A DNA stretch of 64,000 nt from Lachnospiraceae bacterium (GCA_022794255.1 JAAWEL010000027.1:1676-65675), one strand, 5' to 3'; shown: positions 1 through 10,978, counted from the first letter of the stretch. Program-made: numbers and translations. The notes: a model not told the origin generated them from the letters alone.

Positions 1-174
1 CCAAAGTCCAATGTGCTGTATTTTGATTTAGAGGGGGATGCCTGGTGCTGTATCCGCCCTTCAGGGACCGAGCCAAAGGTGAAGTTTTATATGGGAGTTA
101 AGGGCGAGAGCCGAAAAGAGGCAGAGAAAAAACTGGAAGAGCTGACAGAGGCTGTTCGGGGGTTAGCGGGTTGA
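1..174 (+). CDS. phosphoglucomutase/phosphomannomutase, C-terminal end (partial)
   Basis: Frame 1 reads [30 protein letters not shown]..., with the RPSGTEPK motif of alpha-D-phosphohexomutase domain IV; stop TGA at 172-174. Confidence 0.9.
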   Translation, partial: PKSNVLYFDLEGDAWCCIRPSGTEPKVKFYMGVKGESRKEAEKKLEELTEAVRGLAG

Positions 175-210
175 CAGAACAGAAACTGCCACTGCCAGAA
201 GAGTGAGAAC

Positions 211-250
211 AAAAGGAGGCGCAGAACATTTTTGTCTGCGGCCTCTTTTT
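211..250 (+). terminator. probable intrinsic terminator
   Basis: aaaaggaggc-gcaga...tctgcg-gcctcttttt hairpin with T tract after the mutase gene. Confidence 0.7.
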
Positions 251-414
251 ATTATCCCCTTGTCCAGGGAGGGTGTTCTTATTTTCAGTCAAAGAGACCA
301 AAGAAGGAGAAACAAAAGAAGGGGACAAAAGCTATGGACATTTTCTTTAAATACCAGTAAACTAGTGTATTAAAGACAACAACAGAAAACTTGACAATGA
401 GGGGATAAATTATT

Positions 415-711
415 ATGATTGATCTACATGGACAGATTTCCATGGCTTTTTTGAAGAAAAGCCGGTTTACGGGAAGTTATCAGGGAATGCGTTACCTTCT
501 TCAAAAAACGGAGCGGGTGGTGGAAAAGTCCGGGGATGGTCAGCAAGAGGAGCGAGAGAACGTGTTAGAGGCAGTGATCTGGCCGGAACCTTATAATTAT
601 GAGATGACCAAAGAGGAGAAAAAGCATAGCCAGGATTTTCCTTTTTGTCAGGAAGGGCTTTGGGAAGCCGTGGACTGGCTGAACAGGGAATTTGAGGCGG
701 GGAATTTTTAG
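415..711 (+). CDS. small hypothetical protein
   Basis: 98-aa ORF with GAGGGG RBS; no recognisable motif. Confidence 0.65.
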   Translation: MIDLHGQISMAFLKKSRFTGSYQGMRYLLQKTERVVEKSGDGQQEERENVLEAVIWPEPYNYEMTKEEKKHSQDFPFCQEGLWEAVDWLNREFEAGNF

Positions 712-757
712 AGAGCTTTTATGACAGACAGGCGGGAGAGACTAGGAGGATGGAGCG

Positions 758-1540
758 ATGAACATAAAGCAGATTACCAGGGTGTATTTTAGCCCTACGG
801 AGAATACAAAGACAGTGGTGAGGCTGATTGCAGAGCCCCTTTTTGGACATCAGGATTCATTGGATCTGACGGATGCAGGAGGAAGGCCGGATTATTACTT
901 TATGGAAAATGAAGCAGTAGTTGTAGGAGTGCCGGTTTATGGGGGACGGGTGCCGGCAACCGCTGCTGAGAGGTTAAAAAAGCTTCATGGGCGGAAAACC
1001 GCTGCAGTTTTGGTGGTGACTTATGGAAACAGGGCCTATGAGGATGCCCTTTTAGAGCTGAAGCTGATTATGCAGCGGCAGGGTTTTTGTCCCATGGCGG
1101 CAGCAGCCGTTCCGGCAGAGCACAATATTGTCCGCAGCATTGGGGCGGGGAGACCGGACAAGGCGGACAGAAAAAGGCTCAGACATTTTGGAAAAGAGCT
1201 GGGGAAGCGGTTCTGGGAGCTGCCTAGCAATTACCGGATTGGAGATTTAAAAGTTCCGGGCAATCGGCCCTTTAGAAAATTCCGGGGTGTGGCTTTAAAG
1301 ATCAAGGTGGGCCTTTCCTGCAAGAATTGCGGCGTTTGTATCCGCAAATGTCCGGTACAGGCTATCTCCCGGACGGATCCCAGAGTGACGGATACTCAGA
1401 GATGTATTACCTGTATGCGGTGTGTCAAAGAGTGTCCCTCAAAAGCCCGCAAGATCAATACTATGGTTATGTTGGCTGTGGGGCAGAAGCTGAAAAAGGT
1501 TTGCTCAGAACGCAGGGAGGCAGAATTTTTCATTTTGTAG
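758..1540 (+). CDS. flavodoxin-domain/4Fe-4S ferredoxin (EFR1-type)
   Basis: N-terminal YFSPTENT and GVPVYGG flavodoxin-like motifs; two CxxCxxCxxxCP motifs; AGGAGG RBS. Confidence 0.85.
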   Translation: MNIKQITRVYFSPTENTKTVVRLIAEPLFGHQDSLDLTDAGGRPDYYFMENEAVVVGVPVYGGRVPATAAERLKKLHGRKTAAVLVVTYGNRAYEDALLELKLIMQRQGFCPMAAAAVPAEHNIVRSIGAGRPDKADRKRLRHFGKELGKRFWELPSNYRIGDLKVPGNRPFRKFRGVALKIKVGLSCKNCGVCIRKCPVQAISRTDPRVTDTQRCITCMRCVKECPSKARKINTMVMLAVGQKLKKVCSERREAEFFIL

Positions 1541-1553
1541 GCGGAGGTGTGTC

Positions 1554-1823
1554 ATGAAGGTGAGAAAGCATTTTTATTTTTCCGGACGAGTCCAGGGAGT
1601 TGGATTTCGCTATCAGGCCTGCCGGATTGCCAGAAGCCTGGGGCTGACCGGCTATGTACAAAATCTTTGGGATCAGAGGGTGGAGTTAGAGGCCCAGGGG
1701 GAAGAGAGTGTGATTTGGGATATGGTAAGTACCCTTCACAGGCAGCCTTATATCCAGATCGAGGATATGGAAGTGGCTGATATGGAGCTAAAGACAGACC
1801 GGGGCTTTCAGATGGCCAATTAA
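1554..1823 (+). CDS. acyP: acylphosphatase
   Basis: SGRVQGVGFR and GYVQNL signature motifs, 89 aa. Confidence 0.9.
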   Translation: MKVRKHFYFSGRVQGVGFRYQACRIARSLGLTGYVQNLWDQRVELEAQGEESVIWDMVSTLHRQPYIQIEDMEVADMELKTDRGFQMAN

Positions 1824-1865
1824 GAAGCTGCGCAAAGAGTATATAAGATAAAGGAGAGAAGTGGA

Positions 1866-2885
1866 ATGACACAGAAAGAAGTGTTAGAGCACGCAAGAAC
1901 CTGCCTGGGACCTTACTGTAAGGGCTGTCTGGTGTGTGACGGACGAGCCTGTAAAAACCAGATTCCGGGGCCGGGAGCAAAGGGCGTGGGGGATACAGCC
2001 ATCCGCAATTACAACAAATGGAAAGAAGTCCGTGTACAGATGGATACTCTGTGCGAAAACCGGCCGGCAGATACCAGCTGCCAGATGTTTGGAAGAAAGT
2101 TTTCTTACCCGTTTTTTGCAGGTCCGGTGGGAGCGGTAAAGCTTCATTACGGAGATAAATATGGGGATAATCAGTATAATGATATATTGGTTTCTGCATG
2201 TGCCAAGGAAGGAATTGCCGCCTTTACAGGAGACGGAACCGATCCGCAGGTGATGGAAGCGGCCACAGAGGCCATCCAGGCTGCAAAAGGAGTTGGTGTG
2301 CCGGTCATAAAGCCCTGGAATCCGGAAGTCATTGAGCAGAAGCTTACTCTTGTTCAGAAATCCATGGCTTTTGCTGTTGCCATGGATGTGGACGCGGCAG
2401 GGCTGCCCTTTCTGAAAAACATGACTCCTCCGGCAGGAAGCAAGACAGAAAAGGAACTGGCAGAGATTATAAAGAAGGCTAAGCTTCCTTTTATTGTCAA
2501 GGGAATCATGACCGTAAAAGGTGCGTTAAAGGCGAAGGCGGCAGGGGCGGCAGCTATTGTGGTTTCCAACCATGGCGGGCGTGTGTTAGACCAGTGTCCG
2601 GCGACAGCAGAGGTGCTTCCGGCCATAGCAGAGGCAGTAGGGGATTCCATGACCGTGCTGGTGGATGGTGGGATCCGCAGCGGAACAGATATTTTTAAGG
2701 CATTGGCTCTGGGGGCAGACGGAGTGCTGATCTGTCGGCCCTTTGTGACTGCAGTGTATGGGGGTGGAGAAGAAGGGGTGAAAGAGCTCATCGGGCGGCT
2801 TGCCTCAGAATTAAAGGATACCATGGCTATGTGCGGAGCCCATTCCCTGTCAGAGATTTCCTCTGACATGATAATGAGACCATAG
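1866..2885 (+). CDS. FMN-dependent alpha-hydroxy-acid oxidase/dehydrogenase
   Basis: VKGI, SNHGGR and DGGIRSGTD motifs; Cys-rich N-terminus. Confidence 0.9.
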   Translation: MTQKEVLEHARTCLGPYCKGCLVCDGRACKNQIPGPGAKGVGDTAIRNYNKWKEVRVQMDTLCENRPADTSCQMFGRKFSYPFFAGPVGAVKLHYGDKYGDNQYNDILVSACAKEGIAAFTGDGTDPQVMEAATEAIQAAKGVGVPVIKPWNPEVIEQKLTLVQKSMAFAVAMDVDAAGLPFLKNMTPPAGSKTEKELAEIIKKAKLPFIVKGIMTVKGALKAKAAGAAAIVVSNHGGRVLDQCPATAEVLPAIAEAVGDSMTVLVDGGIRSGTDIFKALALGADGVLICRPFVTAVYGGGEEGVKELIGRLASELKDTMAMCGAHSLSEISSDMIMRP

Positions 2886-2961
2886 ACAAAACATAGCTTT
2901 TTAGAGAGGGCTGTGTGATCTGTCATAACCTGAAGGAATCATATACATTCCTTTTATATAG

Positions 2962-2990
2962 TTGACAAATAGAAGCAGGATTGCTATTAT
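2962..2990 (+). promoter_or_regulatory. sigmaA-type promoter of ilvN-ilvC
   Basis: TTGACA-N17-TATTAT with TG extended -10. Confidence 0.7.
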
Positions 2991-3024
2991 TATATGAACG
3001 TGATAGAAAGGGTGACAAAATACC

Positions 3025-3525
3025 ATGGATAGGATCGTATTATCATTGCTGGTAGACAATACTGCCGGTGTTTTGAGCCGGGTGGCCGGACTGTTCAGCC
3101 GCCGGGGTTACAATATTGAGAGCCTTACGGTGGGCGTCACCGCTGATGAGCGGTATTCCCGTATGACCGTGGTGTCCCTGGGAGATCAGGAGATATTGGA
3201 GCAGATCGAGAAACAGCTGCGCAAACTGGAGGATGTCCGGGATATCAAGGAGCTGAGGCCTGGACAGTCGGTATACCGGGAGCTCATTATGGTAAAGGTT
3301 AAGGCAAATGCCAGTGAACGCCAGGCCATTGGTGCGATTTCTGATATTTTCCGTGCCACCATTGTGGATGTGGGCAAAGATTCTCTTACAGTAATGCTGA
3401 CAGGGGATCAGTCTAAACTGGATGCGCTGATTAACCTGCTGGAGGATTACGAGATTTTGGAGCTGGCAAGGACTGGCCTTACCGGACTCTCCAGAGGCTC
3501 TCAGGATGTCCGTTATCTTCCTTAA
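3025..3525 (+). CDS. ilvN: acetolactate synthase small (regulatory) subunit
   Basis: GVLSRVAGLFSRRGYNIESLTV ACT-domain motif; ELARTG C-terminus. Confidence 0.95.
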   Translation: MDRIVLSLLVDNTAGVLSRVAGLFSRRGYNIESLTVGVTADERYSRMTVVSLGDQEILEQIEKQLRKLEDVRDIKELRPGQSVYRELIMVKVKANASERQAIGAISDIFRATIVDVGKDSLTVMLTGDQSKLDALINLLEDYEILELARTGLTGLSRGSQDVRYLP

Positions 3526-4653
<1,128 letters not shown>

Positions 4654-4658
4654 GATCA

Positions 4659-4703
4659 AAAATAAGGGGAAATCAGGGGAAGCCTTGATTTCCCCCTTAT
4701 TTT
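4659..4703. terminator. bidirectional terminator between ilvC and lysR
   Basis: aaaataaggggaaatcagg...ccttgatttcccccttatttt inverted repeat between convergent genes. Confidence 0.8.
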
Positions 4704-5597
4704 TCAGGTGTCATATTCCTGACAGAACCGGATAAAAGTATCCAGGGCCTTGGTGGCGTGACCTGCCTGATAGACAAAGCCTATGGTCCTTTTGCAGATG
4801 GGGGTTTCGGGCTGAATCTCCATTAGCTGACCGTTTTCCAGATATTCCTGGACAAATTCCCGGATAACACAGCCAATGCCAAGGCCTATGCGGGCAAACT
4901 CAATCAATAAATCCATGGTAGTAACCTGAAGGAGATTGTTAGCCTGAATGTGATTGGAACTCATATAGTCATCGATATAGGTGCGGGTAAGATTGTGCTT
5001 GTCTAAAAGCATAATATTGCCTGTCTGGAAAAGGTCAGCATTCGCTCCCTCCCGAAGTCTTAGATTCTCCAGATAACTGGGGGCGGCCACAAAGGTATCC
5101 TGGATTTCCATAATCGGAAGGAACACCAAATTTTTGGAGGCCTTAGGCTCAGCGGTCAGGCCGATATCGATTCGCTGCTGTTCCAGCATGGTCAGAGTGT
5201 GAGTGCTGGACTGGCTTTCAATTGTAATCTTCATATGAGGATATTTTTCAATAAAGCCCTTCAGATAGGATACCATAATAAAACGGCACAGGGTGTTGCT
5301 GACACCGATGCGGATGTGGCCTAAGTTAAATTCCCGGATCCGCTTTAACTCCCTCTCCCCTGAGGCCAGCTCCTCAAAAGCTGCTTTTGTATGGGAAAAA
5401 AGAATCCTCCCTTCTTCGGTGAGCTGCACTCCCCGGGAGTTGCGGGTGAACAACGTGGTGTTTAAGCTGTCCTCTAACTTGCTGATGGCCTTGCTGATGG
5501 CAGGCTGGCTGATATAAAGCTCTCTGGCAGCTTTTGAGATGTTGCCGGCCTGGGCAACTGCGTGAAAGATTCGGTATTGAGAAAGATTCTGATCCAT
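4704..5597 (-). CDS. LysR-family transcriptional regulator
   Basis: NISKAARELYISQPAISKAISKLE...LFTRNSRGVQLTEEG helix-turn-helix; 297 aa; divergent from the hydro-lyase genes. Confidence 0.95.
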   Translation of the reverse strand: MDQNLSQYRIFHAVAQAGNISKAARELYISQPAISKAISKLEDSLNTTLFTRNSRGVQLTEEGRILFSHTKAAFEELASGERELKRIREFNLGHIRIGVSNTLCRFIMVSYLKGFIEKYPHMKITIESQSSTHTLTMLEQQRIDIGLTAEPKASKNLVFLPIMEIQDTFVAAPSYLENLRLREGANADLFQTGNIMLLDKHNLTRTYIDDYMSSNHIQANNLLQVTTMDLLIEFARIGLGIGCVIREFVQEYLENGQLMEIQPETPICKRTIGFVYQAGHATKALDTFIRFCQEYDT

Positions 5598-5788
5598 TTT
5601 TCCTCCATTGATATAAAAGGTTCTGTTTTTGTCCGGCGTGCCTGCTGTGAACGATAACTATATAACTGTGTATTATAATAAATATGAGCATTATGTATTG
5701 TTATTATATCAGTTTCGATGATATAATGCAATCATACCCTCAGTGGACAAGGGGACACAGGAAAAAGACATTGTTACAGGAGGAAGTT

Positions 5789-6268
5789 ATGGCTGTGGGA
5801 AAAATTTTTAAATTTCACAACGATCTGGATACAGATCAGATTATTGCATCTCAGTATCTGCTGCTGCCTACGATTGAGGAGATGAAAGCTCACACCTTCG
5901 AGTCTCTGGACCCAGACTTTTCGTCTAAGGTAAGGCCAGGGGACTATGTGGTGGGAGGAGAGAACTTTGGGTGTGGTTCTTCCAGAGAACAGGCACCGGG
6001 CGTGCTAAAGGCCTTGGGAGTGGAGGCTGTGGTTGCCAAGTCCTTTGCCCGGATTTTTTACCGGAACGCCATCAATATCGGGCTGCCGGTGATCGTGTGC
6101 AAGGACTTGCCGGATCAGGTTGAGACCGGGGATGAGATGGAGCTTTCTTTAAGTGACGGGGTGGCAAGAGCCAGGGGTGTTAAATATTCCTGTACCAGGC
6201 TGCCGGAATACATGCAAAAGATTTTAAATCAGGGGGGACTGATTGCATCCCTGAACAAGGAGGTGTAG
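5789..6268 (+). CDS. leuD: 3-isopropylmalate dehydratase/homoaconitase-family small subunit (copy 1)
   Basis: DLDTDQII, NFGCGSSREQA and FARIFYRNAINIGL motifs; start after AGGAGG. Confidence 0.85.
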   Translation: MAVGKIFKFHNDLDTDQIIASQYLLLPTIEEMKAHTFESLDPDFSSKVRPGDYVVGGENFGCGSSREQAPGVLKALGVEAVVAKSFARIFYRNAINIGLPVIVCKDLPDQVETGDEMELSLSDGVARARGVKYSCTRLPEYMQKILNQGGLIASLNKEV

Positions 6269-6270
6269 GG

Positions 6271-7521
6271 ATGGGAATGACGATTGCAGAGAAGATTATT
6301 GCACGGGCGGCTGGTGTGGATAAGGTGCGGACAGGAGATATCCACACAGTAACCTTAGACCGGATGATGAGCAATGACGGGACTACCCATCTGACGGTGG
6401 ATATGTACAATAATAAGCTGAAAAATCCTCAGATTGCTGATGCCAGGAAAATGGTGTTTATTGTAGATCACAATGTTCCCTCAGACAGTCCCAAGACTGC
6501 TGCCTCTCAGAAAAAAATGCGGGATTTTGCCAGGGAGCATGGGATTGATTTCTGGGAGGGCAAGGGTGTTTGTCATCAGATCATGATGGAACATTATGTG
6601 TGTCCGGGGGAATTGATTTTTGGAGCGGACAGCCATACCTGCACCTATGGAGCCCTGGGAGCCTTTGGAACCGGTGTGGGCTGTACGGATCTTTTGTACG
6701 GCATGGTGACAGGAACCTCCTGGGTGCTGGTGCCGGAGACAGTGAAGTTTAATCTTGTTGGAAAACTGCAAAAGGGAGTGTATCCCCGGGATCTGATGCT
6801 GACCATTATCGGAGAGATCGGAGCGAATGGCGTCAATTATCAGGTGATGGAGTTTTGCGGGGAGGGGGCTAAGACATTAAGCGTCAATGACCGGATGGTG
6901 CTGTGCAATCTGGCAGTGGAGGCCGGGGCAAAGACCGCGATTTTTGAGGCGGATGAGATTGCCCTTGACTATTTAAAGGCCAGAGGCCGGGAGCCAAAGG
7001 CTGTATTCACCAGCGATCCGGACGCTGTTTATGCCCGGGAATATACCTTTGATTTATCGAATATTTGCCCGGTGGCAGCCCGGCCGGATTTTGTGGATGA
7101 TGTGGTGCCGGCAAAGGAGGTTTGCGGCATTCGGATTGATGAGGCATTTCTTGGCTCCTGCAACAACGGCCGGATTGATGAGCTGCGGGTGGGAGCTGCT
7201 ATTGTGAAAGGAAAAAAGGTGGCGGATCACGTCCGCTTTCTGGTGGTTCCTGCCAGCCAGGAGGTGTATCTGCAGGCTATGGAGGAGGGACTGATCCAGA
7301 TCTTTATGGAAAGCGGAGCCATTGTGATGAATCCGAATTGCAGCGTCTGCTGGGGAAGCTGTCAGGGAGTGATCGGTGAAAGGGAGGTTCTGATCAGTAC
7401 CGGGACCCGAAACTTTAAGGGACGGGCAGGCCATCCCAGCTCCAAGGTATACCTGGGCTCAGCGGCTACAGTGGCGGCATCTGCGGTTAGAGGAGAGATC
7501 TGCACGGCAGACATGCTGTAG
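6271..7521 (+). CDS. leuC: 3-isopropylmalate dehydratase/homoaconitase-family large subunit (copy 1)
   Basis: DH, GVCH, DSHT, GSCNNG, PNCSVC and RNFKGR aconitase-family motifs. Confidence 0.85.
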   Translation: MGMTIAEKIIARAAGVDKVRTGDIHTVTLDRMMSNDGTTHLTVDMYNNKLKNPQIADARKMVFIVDHNVPSDSPKTAASQKKMRDFAREHGIDFWEGKGVCHQIMMEHYVCPGELIFGADSHTCTYGALGAFGTGVGCTDLLYGMVTGTSWVLVPETVKFNLVGKLQKGVYPRDLMLTIIGEIGANGVNYQVMEFCGEGAKTLSVNDRMVLCNLAVEAGAKTAIFEADEIALDYLKARGREPKAVFTSDPDAVYAREYTFDLSNICPVAARPDFVDDVVPAKEVCGIRIDEAFLGSCNNGRIDELRVGAAIVKGKKVADHVRFLVVPASQEVYLQAMEEGLIQIFMESGAIVMNPNCSVCWGSCQGVIGEREVLISTGTRNFKGRAGHPSSKVYLGSAATVAASAVRGEICTADML

Positions 7522-7591
7522 AATATAAGGGACAGTGGCCGGATTTGAAAGAGGGACTTTTCTATTTAATTAAAAGAAAAAGAGGGAAAGT

Positions 7592-8083
7592 ATGGAACAA
7601 TTTACTGGAAGGGTATGGGTTCTCGGTGATGACATTGACACGGATATTATTATTCCCACAGAGTACCTTGCCATGAAAACGATTGACGACATGAAAAAAT
7701 ACGGTTTTTCTCCCCTGAGGCCGGAGCTGGCATCTCAGATTAAGCCAGGAGATATGATTGTGGCAGGAAAGAATTTTGGATGTGGTTCATCCCGGGAACA
7801 AGCGCCGGAGGTGGTAAAGGCCCTGGGAATCCGCTGTGTAATAGCCAAGTCTTTCGCACGTATTTTTTTTCGCAATGCTATCAACAACGGGCTGCTTTTG
7901 ATTGAACAGCCAGATCTTTATGATGACGTGGAGGAAGGGGATACCATCACGGTTACGGTAAATCAGGATGTGAATCATAAGGGAAGGCAATATCCCATTG
8001 CCGCTTTGCCGGAAAATCTGGTGGAGATTATTGAGGCCGGGGGGCTGGTGAAGGCCATGCGCCGGCGAAACGGACTTGACTGA
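7592..8083 (+). CDS. leuD: 3-isopropylmalate dehydratase/homoaconitase-family small subunit (copy 2)
   Basis: DDIDTDIIIP, NFGCGSSREQA and FARIFFRNAINNGL motifs. Confidence 0.85.
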   Translation: MEQFTGRVWVLGDDIDTDIIIPTEYLAMKTIDDMKKYGFSPLRPELASQIKPGDMIVAGKNFGCGSSREQAPEVVKALGIRCVIAKSFARIFFRNAINNGLLLIEQPDLYDDVEEGDTITVTVNQDVNHKGRQYPIAALPENLVEIIEAGGLVKAMRRRNGLD

Positions 8084-8102
8084 GAGCGGAGGATAGGAAG
8101 AG

Positions 8103-9398
8103 ATGGGACAGACGGTGGTTGAAAAGATCCTGGCCCGCAATATAGGGGTTCAGGCTGTAAAGCCGGGGGATATTGTGACAGTAAATGTAGATCGGGTAAT
8201 GCTGGATGATATTATGATTCCTTTCATTGTAGATAAATTTCATGAGATGGGATTTGAAAAGGTGTGGGATCCGGACAAGGTAGTGTTGATTTATGACCAT
8301 TTGGTGCCAGCCAGCCAGCAGGATGATACCCGTCATTACCGGGTGGGAGATGAATTTGTGGAGGAGTGTGGGTTGACCCATGTGCATCGCAGTGATGGTA
8401 TCTGCCATCAGCTGATGACAGAGGCCGGGTATGTAAAGCCGGGGGATATAGTGTTTGGTACGGACAGTCATACCACCACCTATGGATGTGTGGGAGCATT
8501 TTCCACTGGCATTGGCTATACGGAGATGGCAGCGATCTTGGGAACCGGAACCTTGTGGGTGAAGGTGCCTGAGACTATTCGGGTGGTCATTGACGGAAAA
8601 CTGCCTGAGGGAGTGATGTCCAAGGACATTATTCTGCGTCTGATCGGTGATCTGGGCGCAGATGGGGCTACTTACCGGGCACTGGAGTTTGCTGGCACCA
8701 CGGTGGAGGAGATGAGTGTGGCCAGCCGTATGACTATGGCTAACATGGCGATAGAGGCCGGCGCTAAATGTGCAGTGTTTACGCCAGATGAAAAGACAAT
8801 GGAATACTGTGAACAATCCAGAGAAAATTATGGAGGATGTGGTGCGCAGGAGTCCCTCATGTCTTTGGAACAGGTACAAAAGGACTTGATGGGGGACCCG
8901 GATGCTGTCTATTATCAGACGATTACTTACCAGGCAGAGGATTTCCAGCCAGTTATGGCTTGTCCATCTCAGGTGGACAATATTTGTAATGTGAGCCAGC
9001 TGGAAGGGATAACCGTTGATCAGGTATTTATCGGTTCTTGTACCAATGGACGGCTGGAGGATCTGCAGGCGGCGGCCAGTGTGTTAGAGGGGAAAAAGGT
9101 GGCGCCCTTTGTGAAACTGATTGTCACACCAGCCAGCCGGAAAGTGTATGAGGATGCCCTGGCTTGTGGTGCATTGCAGACTCTAATGAGAGCAGGGGCG
9201 ATTATTACTCATCCAGGCTGTGGCCTTTGCTGCGGCAGAACAGGTGGGATTTTAAGTGACGGGGAGAGGGTGGTAGCCACCAACAACCGGAATTTTCTGG
9301 GACGGATGGGAACCTCTAAGGTAGAAATCTATCTAGCATCTCCTATGACGGCTGCTGCTTGCGCGGCGGCCGGAAAGATTACGGCAGCGAAGGGATGA
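8103..9398 (+). CDS. leuC: 3-isopropylmalate dehydratase/homoaconitase-family large subunit (copy 2)
   Basis: DH, GICH, DSHT, GSCTNG, PGCGLC and RNFLGRMG motifs. Confidence 0.85.
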   Translation: MGQTVVEKILARNIGVQAVKPGDIVTVNVDRVMLDDIMIPFIVDKFHEMGFEKVWDPDKVVLIYDHLVPASQQDDTRHYRVGDEFVEECGLTHVHRSDGICHQLMTEAGYVKPGDIVFGTDSHTTTYGCVGAFSTGIGYTEMAAILGTGTLWVKVPETIRVVIDGKLPEGVMSKDIILRLIGDLGADGATYRALEFAGTTVEEMSVASRMTMANMAIEAGAKCAVFTPDEKTMEYCEQSRENYGGCGAQESLMSLEQVQKDLMGDPDAVYYQTITYQAEDFQPVMACPSQVDNICNVSQLEGITVDQVFIGSCTNGRLEDLQAAASVLEGKKVAPFVKLIVTPASRKVYEDALACGALQTLMRAGAIITHPGCGLCCGRTGGILSDGERVVATNNRNFLGRMGTSKVEIYLASPMTAAACAAAGKITAAKG

Positions 9399-9445
9399 AG
9401 CGGTGAAAAGGGCAGAGGTGGGAAATCCTGTCATATAGTTTGCAT

Positions 9446-9478
9446 AAAAAAAGAGCTGGCAAAAGTCAGTTCTTTTTT
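9446..9478 (+). terminator. intrinsic terminator
   Basis: aaaaaaagagctggc-aaaa-gtcagttctttttt. Confidence 0.8.
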
Positions 9479-9640
9479 ATATTGCCACATTTAACAAAAA
9501 TGTAATATATTCGTAATGCAAGTACGGAAAATATTGATAAAAAACAGAGATATAATAGAGAATAGTTTATGAATAAATAATAAATTTGATGATTTCCAAA
9601 AAAACTAAGTGTAAATTATAACAAAAATATTAAAAAACCA

Positions 9641-9670
9641 TTGACATTTTTCAATGTTCCCCACTATAAT
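9641..9670 (+). promoter_or_regulatory. sigmaA promoter of the cell-wall hydrolase gene
   Basis: Perfect TTGACA-N18-TATAAT; CATTGA-N6-TCAATG inverted repeat overlaps the -35. Confidence 0.7.
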
Positions 9671-9779
9671 ATCAAACAAAGCAAAAATAAAAAAGATTTT
9701 TGGTTTTATTCCCCACTTTCGACAAAAAAATGGTAATTTTTTGGGAAGTGATTATTTATCAGAGAGAGGTGTGCTTTGT

Positions 9780-10715
9780 ATGCGGATATTGGAATTGTGC
9801 AGGGGCTTTATAAAAAGAATCATGTGGCTTCTGATGGCTGCAGGCAGGTACATGGCCATGGTGGTGGCAGGAGGATTCCTTGCAGGCGCTTTAATGCTTA
9901 CGATTGCCCGGTTGGATGAGGATGGCAGGACGGCATTGACTGTATACGCCAAGACTGCTTCGGTCATACCGGTGGAGCATTCTGCTTTGGAATTCGGGAA
10001 AGCGCAGGTGGGACAAAAGGAAGAGACCGGTCACATACAGTGGGAAACTGTCAGGGAGGGACGGCTTTTAGCCGGAAATACAGTGGCCAGAGAGGTATTT
10101 GCCTTAAGAGAGGCAAGGCGGCAGAGACAGGATTATATTGAGCAGGCAAAGGAAGGCGGGGCTTGGGAAGAAGCAAAGGAAGGTACAGCCGGCGGAGAAC
10201 CAGAGAAAGAACAAGGCCTGTCAGAGGTTAAACTTGCCGGGCAGAAGAAATCTGAGGAAAAGCTGTCCCAGGAAGAGAGCAGCAGGGGGCCGGGAGTGGA
10301 AGAAGAGAAGGAGGACAGCCAGCAGGTATCCTCTGTGATCAGCTATTCCCAGCAGGATTATGAGGTGCTGAAGCGGATTGTGGAGGCGGAGGCAGGAATC
10401 TGTGATACAAAAGGAAGGATCCTGGTGGCCAATGTGGTGATTAATCGGGTGAGGAGTGATGAATTTCCGGACACAATCACTGGTGTGGTGTACCAAAAGT
10501 CCCAGTTTTCACCAGTAAATGATGGCTCCCTTAATTCTTGTATTGTGACGCCGGAGACTGTGGAGGCAGTGGACCGGGCCCTGGCTGGGGAGGACTATTC
10601 CCAGGGCGCCTTATATTTTATGAACCGCGTAAGATCCAGATCGGGAAATGTAAGCTGGTTTGACAGAAGTCTGACTTTTTTGTTTCAGCATGATCGGCAT
10701 GAATTCTTTAAATAG
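9780..10715 (+). CDS. cell wall hydrolase (SleB/CwlJ, Hydrolase_2 family) with N-terminal membrane anchor
   Basis: RIVEAEAG, VANVVINRV, FPDTITGVVYQKSQFSPV and GALYF motifs; hydrophobic N-terminal segment; start after GAGGTG. Confidence 0.88.
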   Translation: MRILELCRGFIKRIMWLLMAAGRYMAMVVAGGFLAGALMLTIARLDEDGRTALTVYAKTASVIPVEHSALEFGKAQVGQKEETGHIQWETVREGRLLAGNTVAREVFALREARRQRQDYIEQAKEGGAWEEAKEGTAGGEPEKEQGLSEVKLAGQKKSEEKLSQEESSRGPGVEEEKEDSQQVSSVISYSQQDYEVLKRIVEAEAGICDTKGRILVANVVINRVRSDEFPDTITGVVYQKSQFSPVNDGSLNSCIVTPETVEAVDRALAGEDYSQGALYFMNRVRSRSGNVSWFDRSLTFLFQHDRHEFFK

Positions 10716-10739
10716 GGTTAAAAATCTTTGAGAATGTAC

Positions 10740-10768
10740 TTGCATTTTCAGGGGAATTCTGGTATACT
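10740..10768 (+). promoter_or_regulatory. sigmaA promoter of the tRNA operon
   Basis: TTGCAT-N17-TATACT with TG extension, ending 23 nt before the first tRNA. Confidence 0.65.
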
Positions 10769-10791
10769 GGTTATCGTTCGTTGAGGAACAT

Positions 10792-10864
10792 TCCTCGATA
10801 GCTCAGTCGGTAGAGCACGCGGCTGTTAACCGCGCTGTCGTAGGTTCAAGTCCTACTCGGGGAG
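10792..10864 (+). tRNA. tRNA-Asn (GTT)
   Basis: Acceptor stem TCCTCGA/TCGGGGA, anticodon arm CGCGG-CTGTTAA-CCGCG, GGTTCAAGTCC T arm. Confidence 0.97.
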
Positions 10865-10891
10865 TTTGGTCCATGGTGACCGGTATACTCT

Positions 10892-10963
10892 GGCCCCATG
10901 GTCAAGCGGTTAAGACATCGCCCTTTCACGGCGGTAACACGAGTTCGAATCTCGTTGGGGTCA
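10892..10963 (+). tRNA. tRNA-Glu (TTC)
   Basis: GGCCCCA/TGGGGTC acceptor, anticodon loop CTTTCAC, GTTCGAATC. Confidence 0.97.
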
Positions 10964-10978
10964 TTTGCAGTTTGTTTC

